A stretch of 64,000 bases of DNA from Escherichia coli. GTDB taxonomy: Bacteria > Pseudomonadota > Gammaproteobacteria > Enterobacterales > Enterobacteriaceae. The notes beneath the pieces were generated by a model. It saw only the letters and a program-made list of their open reading frames with translations, made no database searches and was not told where the DNA came from. Every line of letters starts with the position of its first letter. The first letter of the stretch is position 1. The DNA lies in assembly GCF_001677475.2 (NCBI RefSeq), contig NZ_CP015229.1. One strand, 5' to 3'. A program made the translations under genes and the position numbers. This document shows, in pieces, positions 59,815 to 64,000 of the stretch.

Positions 59815-60582
59815 ATGCTGCAAATCTCTCATCTCTATGCCGATTATGGCGGCAAACCGGCGCTGGAAGATATCAACCTGACGCTGGAAAGCAGCGAGCT
59901 ACTGGTGGTGCTGGGGCCGTCCGGCTGCGGTAAAACCACCCTGCTGAATCTGATTGCCGGTTTTGTGCCTTATCAGCACGGCAGTATTCAACTGGCGGGC
60001 AAACGCATTGAGGGGCCGGGAGCAGAGCGTGGCGTAGTTTTTCAGAATGAAGGGCTGCTACCGTGGCGTAATGTACGGGACAACGTGGCGTTCGGCCTGC
60101 AACTGGCAGGTGTTGAGAAAATGCAGCGACTGGAAATCGCGCACCAGATGCTGAAAAAAGTGGGGCTGGAAGGGGCAGAAAAACGCTATATCTGGCAGCT
60201 TTCCGGCGGTCAACGTCAGCGGGTGGGGATTGCCCGCGCGCTGGCGGCGAATCCCCAGCTGTTATTACTCGACGAACCGTTTGGCGCGCTGGACGCCTTC
60301 ACCCGCGATCAGATGCAAACCCTGCTGCTGAAACTCTGGCAGGAGACAGGTAAGCAGGTGCTGTTGATTACCCACGATATAGAAGAAGCGGTGTTTATGG
60401 CAACCGAACTGGTTCTGCTTTCACCCGGCCCTGGCCGTGTGCTGGAGCGGCTGCCGCTCAACTTCGCCCGCCGCTTTGTTGCCGGGGAACCGAGCCGCAG
60501 CATCAAGTCCGATCCACAATTCATCGCCATGCGCGAATATGTTTTAAGCCGCGTATTTGAGCAACGGGAGGCGTTCTCATGA
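59815..60582 (+). CDS. tauB: Taurine ABC transporter ATP-binding protein
   Basis: Walker [10 protein letters not shown], signature LSGGQRQR. Confidence 0.96.
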   Translation: MLQISHLYADYGGKPALEDINLTLESSELLVVLGPSGCGKTTLLNLIAGFVPYQHGSIQLAGKRIEGPGAERGVVFQNEGLLPWRNVRDNVAFGLQLAGVEKMQRLEIAHQMLKKVGLEGAEKRYIWQLSGGQRQRVGIARALAANPQLLLLDEPFGALDAFTRDQMQTLLLKLWQETGKQVLLITHDIEEAVFMATELVLLSPGPGRVLERLPLNFARRFVAGEPSRSIKSDPQFIAMREYVLSRVFEQREAFS

Positions 60583-61406
60583 GTGTGCTTATTAATGAAA
60601 AACTGCATTCGCATCGGCTGAAATGGCGCAGGCCGCTCTCGCGTCAGGTGACCTTAAGCATTGGCACGTTAGCGGTTTTACTCACTGTATGGTGGACGGT
60701 GGCGGCGCTGCAACTGATTAGCCCGCTGTTTTTGCCGCCGCCGCAACAAGTACTGGCAAAACTGCTCACCATTGCCGGACCGCAGGGATTTATGGACGCC
60801 ACGCTGTGGCAGCATCTGGCCGCCAGCCTGACGCGCATTTTGCTGGCGCTACTCGCGGCGGTGTTGATTGGTATTCCGGTCGGGATCGCTATGGGGCTAA
60901 GCCCGACGGTGCGTGGCATTCTCGATCCGATCATCGAGCTTTATCGTCCGGTGCCGCCGCTGGCTTATTTGCCGCTGATGGTGATCTGGTTTGGTATTGG
61001 TGAAACCTCGAAGATCTTACTGATCTATTTAGCGATTTTTGCGCCGGTGGCGATGTCGGCGCTGGCAGGGGTGAAAAGTGCACAGCAGGTTCGCATTCGT
61101 GCCGCCCAGTCGCTGGGTGCCAGCCGTGCGCAGGTGCTGTGGTTTGTCATTTTGCCCGGCGCGCTGCCGGAAATTCTCACCGGATTACGCATTGGTCTGG
61201 GTGTGGGCTGGTCTACGCTGGTGGCGGCGGAGCTGATTGCCGCGACGCGCGGTTTAGGATTTATGGTTCAGTCAGCGGGTGAATTTCTCGCGACTGACGT
61301 GGTGCTGGCGGGGATCGCGGTGATTGCGATTATCGCCTTTCTTTTAGAACTGGGTCTGCGCGCGTTACAGCGCCGCCTGACGCCCTGGCATGGAGAAGTA
61401 CAATGA
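60579..61406 (+). CDS. tauC: Taurine ABC transporter permease
   Basis: 275 aa polytopic with ABC permease EAA-like loop. Confidence 0.95.
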   Translation: MSVLINEKLHSHRLKWRRPLSRQVTLSIGTLAVLLTVWWTVAALQLISPLFLPPPQQVLAKLLTIAGPQGFMDATLWQHLAASLTRILLALLAAVLIGIPVGIAMGLSPTVRGILDPIIELYRPVPPLAYLPLMVIWFGIGETSKILLIYLAIFAPVAMSALAGVKSAQQVRIRAAQSLGASRAQVLWFVILPGALPEILTGLRIGLGVGWSTLVAAELIAATRGLGFMVQSAGEFLATDVVLAGIAVIAIIAFLLELGLRALQRRLTPWHGEVQ

Positions 61407-62254
61407 GTGAACGTCTGAGCATTACCCCGCTGGGGCCGTATATTGGCGCACAAATTACGGGTGCCGACCTGACGCGCCCGTTAAGTGATAACCAGTTTGA
61501 ACAGCTTTACCATGCGGTACTGCGTCATCAGGTGGTGTTTCTGCGTGAACAGGCCATTACGCCGCAGCAGCAACGCGCGCTGGCCCAACGTTTTGGCGAA
61601 CTGCATATTCACCCTGTTTACCCTCATGCCGAAGGAGTTGACGAGATCATCGTGCTGGATACTCATAACGATAATCCGCCGGATAACGACAACTGGCATA
61701 CCGATGTGACATTTATTGAAACGCCACCCGCAGGGGCGATTCTGGCGGCAAAAGAGTTACCCTCGACCGGCGGCGATACGCTCTGGACCAGCGGTATTGC
61801 GGCCTATGAGGCGCTCTCTGTTCCCTTCCGCCAGCTGCTGAGCGGGTTGCGTGCGGAGCATGATTTCCGTAAATCGTTCCCGGAATACAAATACCGCAAA
61901 ACCGAGGAGGAGCATCAACGCTGGCGCGAGGCGGTCGCGAAAAATCCGCCGTTGCTACATCCGGTGGTGCGAACGCATCCGGTGAGCGGTAAACAGGCGC
62001 TGTTTGTGAATGAAGGCTTTACCACGCGAATTGTTGATGTCAGCGAGAAAGAGAGCGAAGCCTTGCTGGGCTTTTTATTTGCCCACATCACCAAACCGGA
62101 GTTTCAGGTGCGCTGGCGCTGGCAACCAAATGATATTGCGATTTGGGATAACCGCGTAACCCAGCACTATGCCAATGCGGATTACCTGCCACAGCGGCGG
62201 ATAATGCATCGGGCGACGATCCTTGGGGATAAACCGTTTTATCGGGCGGGGTAA
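61403..62254 (+). CDS. tauD: Taurine dioxygenase (alpha-ketoglutarate dependent)
   Basis: 283 aa [29 protein letters not shown]. Confidence 0.96.
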   Translation: MSERLSITPLGPYIGAQITGADLTRPLSDNQFEQLYHAVLRHQVVFLREQAITPQQQRALAQRFGELHIHPVYPHAEGVDEIIVLDTHNDNPPDNDNWHTDVTFIETPPAGAILAAKELPSTGGDTLWTSGIAAYEALSVPFRQLLSGLRAEHDFRKSFPEYKYRKTEEEHQRWREAVAKNPPLLHPVVRTHPVSGKQALFVNEGFTTRIVDVSEKESEALLGFLFAHITKPEFQVRWRWQPNDIAIWDNRVTQHYANADYLPQRRIMHRATILGDKPFYRAG

Positions 62255-62293
62255 GGGGGAAATGCCGGGTTGGATAACCCGGCATAATGAACA

Positions 62294-63268
62294 TTAACGC
62301 AGAATCTTCTTCTCAGCCAAATCCAGCGCAAAGTAGCTGAAAATCAGATCCGCACCCGCACGCTTAATCGAACCTAAGCTTTCGAGCACGACTTTCTCTT
62401 CATCTATAGCACCCGCCAGCGCGGCGAACTTAATCATCGCGTACTCACCGCTCACCTGATACGCGCCAATCGGCAATTCAGTACGTTCACGCAGCTCACG
62501 CACGATGTCGAGGTACGCTCCAGCAGGTTTAACCATCAGGCAGTCTGCGCCCTGGGCTTCATCCAGCAGTGACTCACGAATCGCCTCACGACGGTTCATT
62601 GGGTTCATCTGATAGCTTTTGCGGTCGCCTTTTAATGCGCTTCCGGCAGCTTCACGGAACGGGCCATAAAAGGAGGAGGCGAACTTGGTCGAATACGACA
62701 TAATCGCCGTATCTTTAAAGCCCGTAGCGTCCAGCGCCTGGCGAATTGCCTGTACCTGGCCGTCCATCGCGGCGGAAGGGGCGATGAAGTCTGCGCCTGC
62801 AGCAGCTGCAACCACGGCTTGCTTGCCTAAATTTTCCAGAGTCGCGTCGTTGTCGACGCCATGCTCGCACAGCACACCGCAGTGACCGTGAGAAGTGTAT
62901 TCACAGAAACAAGTGTCTGACATGACGATCATTTCTGGCACAGTCTGCTTGCAGATGCGCGACATACGCGCCACCAGTCCATCTTCCCGCCAGGCGTCGC
63001 TGCCGGTTTCATCGGTATGGTGAGAGATGCCGAAAGTCATCACCGAACGAATACCGGCGTTGGCGATGCGTTCAATTTCGCGTGCCAGATGTTTCTCTGG
63101 AATGCGCATCACGCCTGGCATGGCTTCAACGGCTTTATAGTCGTCAATTTCTTCTTCAACAAAGATCGGCAACACCAGGTCGTTAAGGCTAAGTGTTGTC
63201 TCTTCAAACATAGCGCGCAGCGCAGGAGATTTGCGCAGGCGACGAGGGCGTTGGATTAAGTCTGTCAT
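62294..63268 (-). CDS. hemB: Porphobilinogen synthase (delta-aminolevulinate dehydratase)
   Basis: [31 protein letters not shown]; ORF track extends 11 codons upstream. Confidence 0.96.
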   Translation of the reverse strand: MTDLIQRPRRLRKSPALRAMFEETTLSLNDLVLPIFVEEEIDDYKAVEAMPGVMRIPEKHLAREIERIANAGIRSVMTFGISHHTDETGSDAWREDGLVARMSRICKQTVPEMIVMSDTCFCEYTSHGHCGVLCEHGVDNDATLENLGKQAVVAAAAGADFIAPSAAMDGQVQAIRQALDATGFKDTAIMSYSTKFASSFYGPFREAAGSALKGDRKSYQMNPMNRREAIRESLLDEAQGADCLMVKPAGAYLDIVRELRERTELPIGAYQVSGEYAMIKFAALAGAIDEEKVVLESLGSIKRAGADLIFSYFALDLAEKKILR

Positions 63269-63793
63269 GGTCTGCCTGATGTTTGTGGAATCGAGGGGCA
63301 TAGTATACCTGAAGCAGGCTGGGTGTGTTTTACGAAAGTTGTCGCGATGTTGACAAGAAGAGAATGAAAGACCGGCCTGGACATGTTTTTAATATAAATA
63401 GCAATATTTTTATATTCACTGAAAATATTTTTAATCTTTATTTATAGCTATTGGTTATTATTTTTTTTGGAGTTTGGTTGCGTTGCTATAAATTGAATAA
63501 TTAAAACTTTGTTGCATATTGATAGGATATTTATCTGGTTTGTGTCTGTGATATTTATGATGCGTATGTTTCAAAAATAACATCATCTGCAACATATTGA
63601 AATGTGGTGTTTTTATCAATTTGATGCGTGTTTTTCTCCATAAATTATATATGTCCACATTCGGACTTAGGGGAAAGAATAATTGAACCATTCGTCTGTA
63701 ACGCAGCATAATCGTTAGCGCGAAACATAATATGTTTTCTATGCATTGATAATTGATGGATCAACTTATTACGTCCCTGAGGAGGGATGACAA

Positions 63794-64000
63794 ATGCACT
63801 CCTGGAAAAAGAAACTTGTAGTATCACAATTAGCATTGGCTTGCACTCTGGCTATCACCTCTCAGGCTAATGCAACTACTTATAATACCTTCGGGTATCA
63901 TGATGACTCAACCACTCTGTTTAATTGGGGTGACAATACTTTAGTTGATCATGACTATCTGACTTATGGTGGTTATGTATACGACCACGCAGCTGATGGA
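63794..64000 (+). CDS. yaiT: Autotransporter-family protein YaiT, N-terminal part only (runs off window end)
   Basis: MHSWKKKLVVSQLALACTLAITSQANA signal peptide, position after hemB. Confidence 0.8.
   Translation, partial: MHSWKKKLVVSQLALACTLAITSQANATTYNTFGYHDDSTTLFNWGDNTLVDHDYLTYGGYVYDHAADG

Overview
This is an Escherichia coli chromosomal segment with K-12-like gene order: prpR (partial), prpBCDE, codB/codA, cynRTSX, lacAYZ, lacI, mhpR, mhpABCDFE, mhpT, yaiL, frmRAB, yaiO/yaiX/yaiP/yaiS, tauABCD, hemB and the start of yaiT. It is not K-12 itself: yaiX is uninterrupted and the lac control region and several proteins carry point differences. The only accessory DNA is a ~23.1 kb AT-richer phage-like island (about 7837-30918) inserted inside codB. 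codB breaks after codon ~121 and resumes in frame at 30919, with GGCA present at both junctions. The island encodes a large serine recombinase, a Nu1-like small terminase, a lambda gpA-like large terminase, a portal, a fused prohead-protease/scaffold/HK97-fold capsid protein, small head-completion-like proteins and a long tail fiber. The tail fiber is cut by an IS3-family insertion sequence. No tape-measure, baseplate, lysis cassette, repressor or replication initiator is recognisable. The island also has a ~1.3 kb non-coding control region full of iterons and hairpins, and several small operons of unknown function. The architecture (own capsid and packaging, no tail) suggests a capsid-forming satellite-like element or a decayed prophage; this is the most likely place for any undescribed system. 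Everything outside the island looks like ordinary core genome with REP/BIME arrays in intergenic gaps. All calls are from reading the sequence and recalled family signatures; no database search was run.
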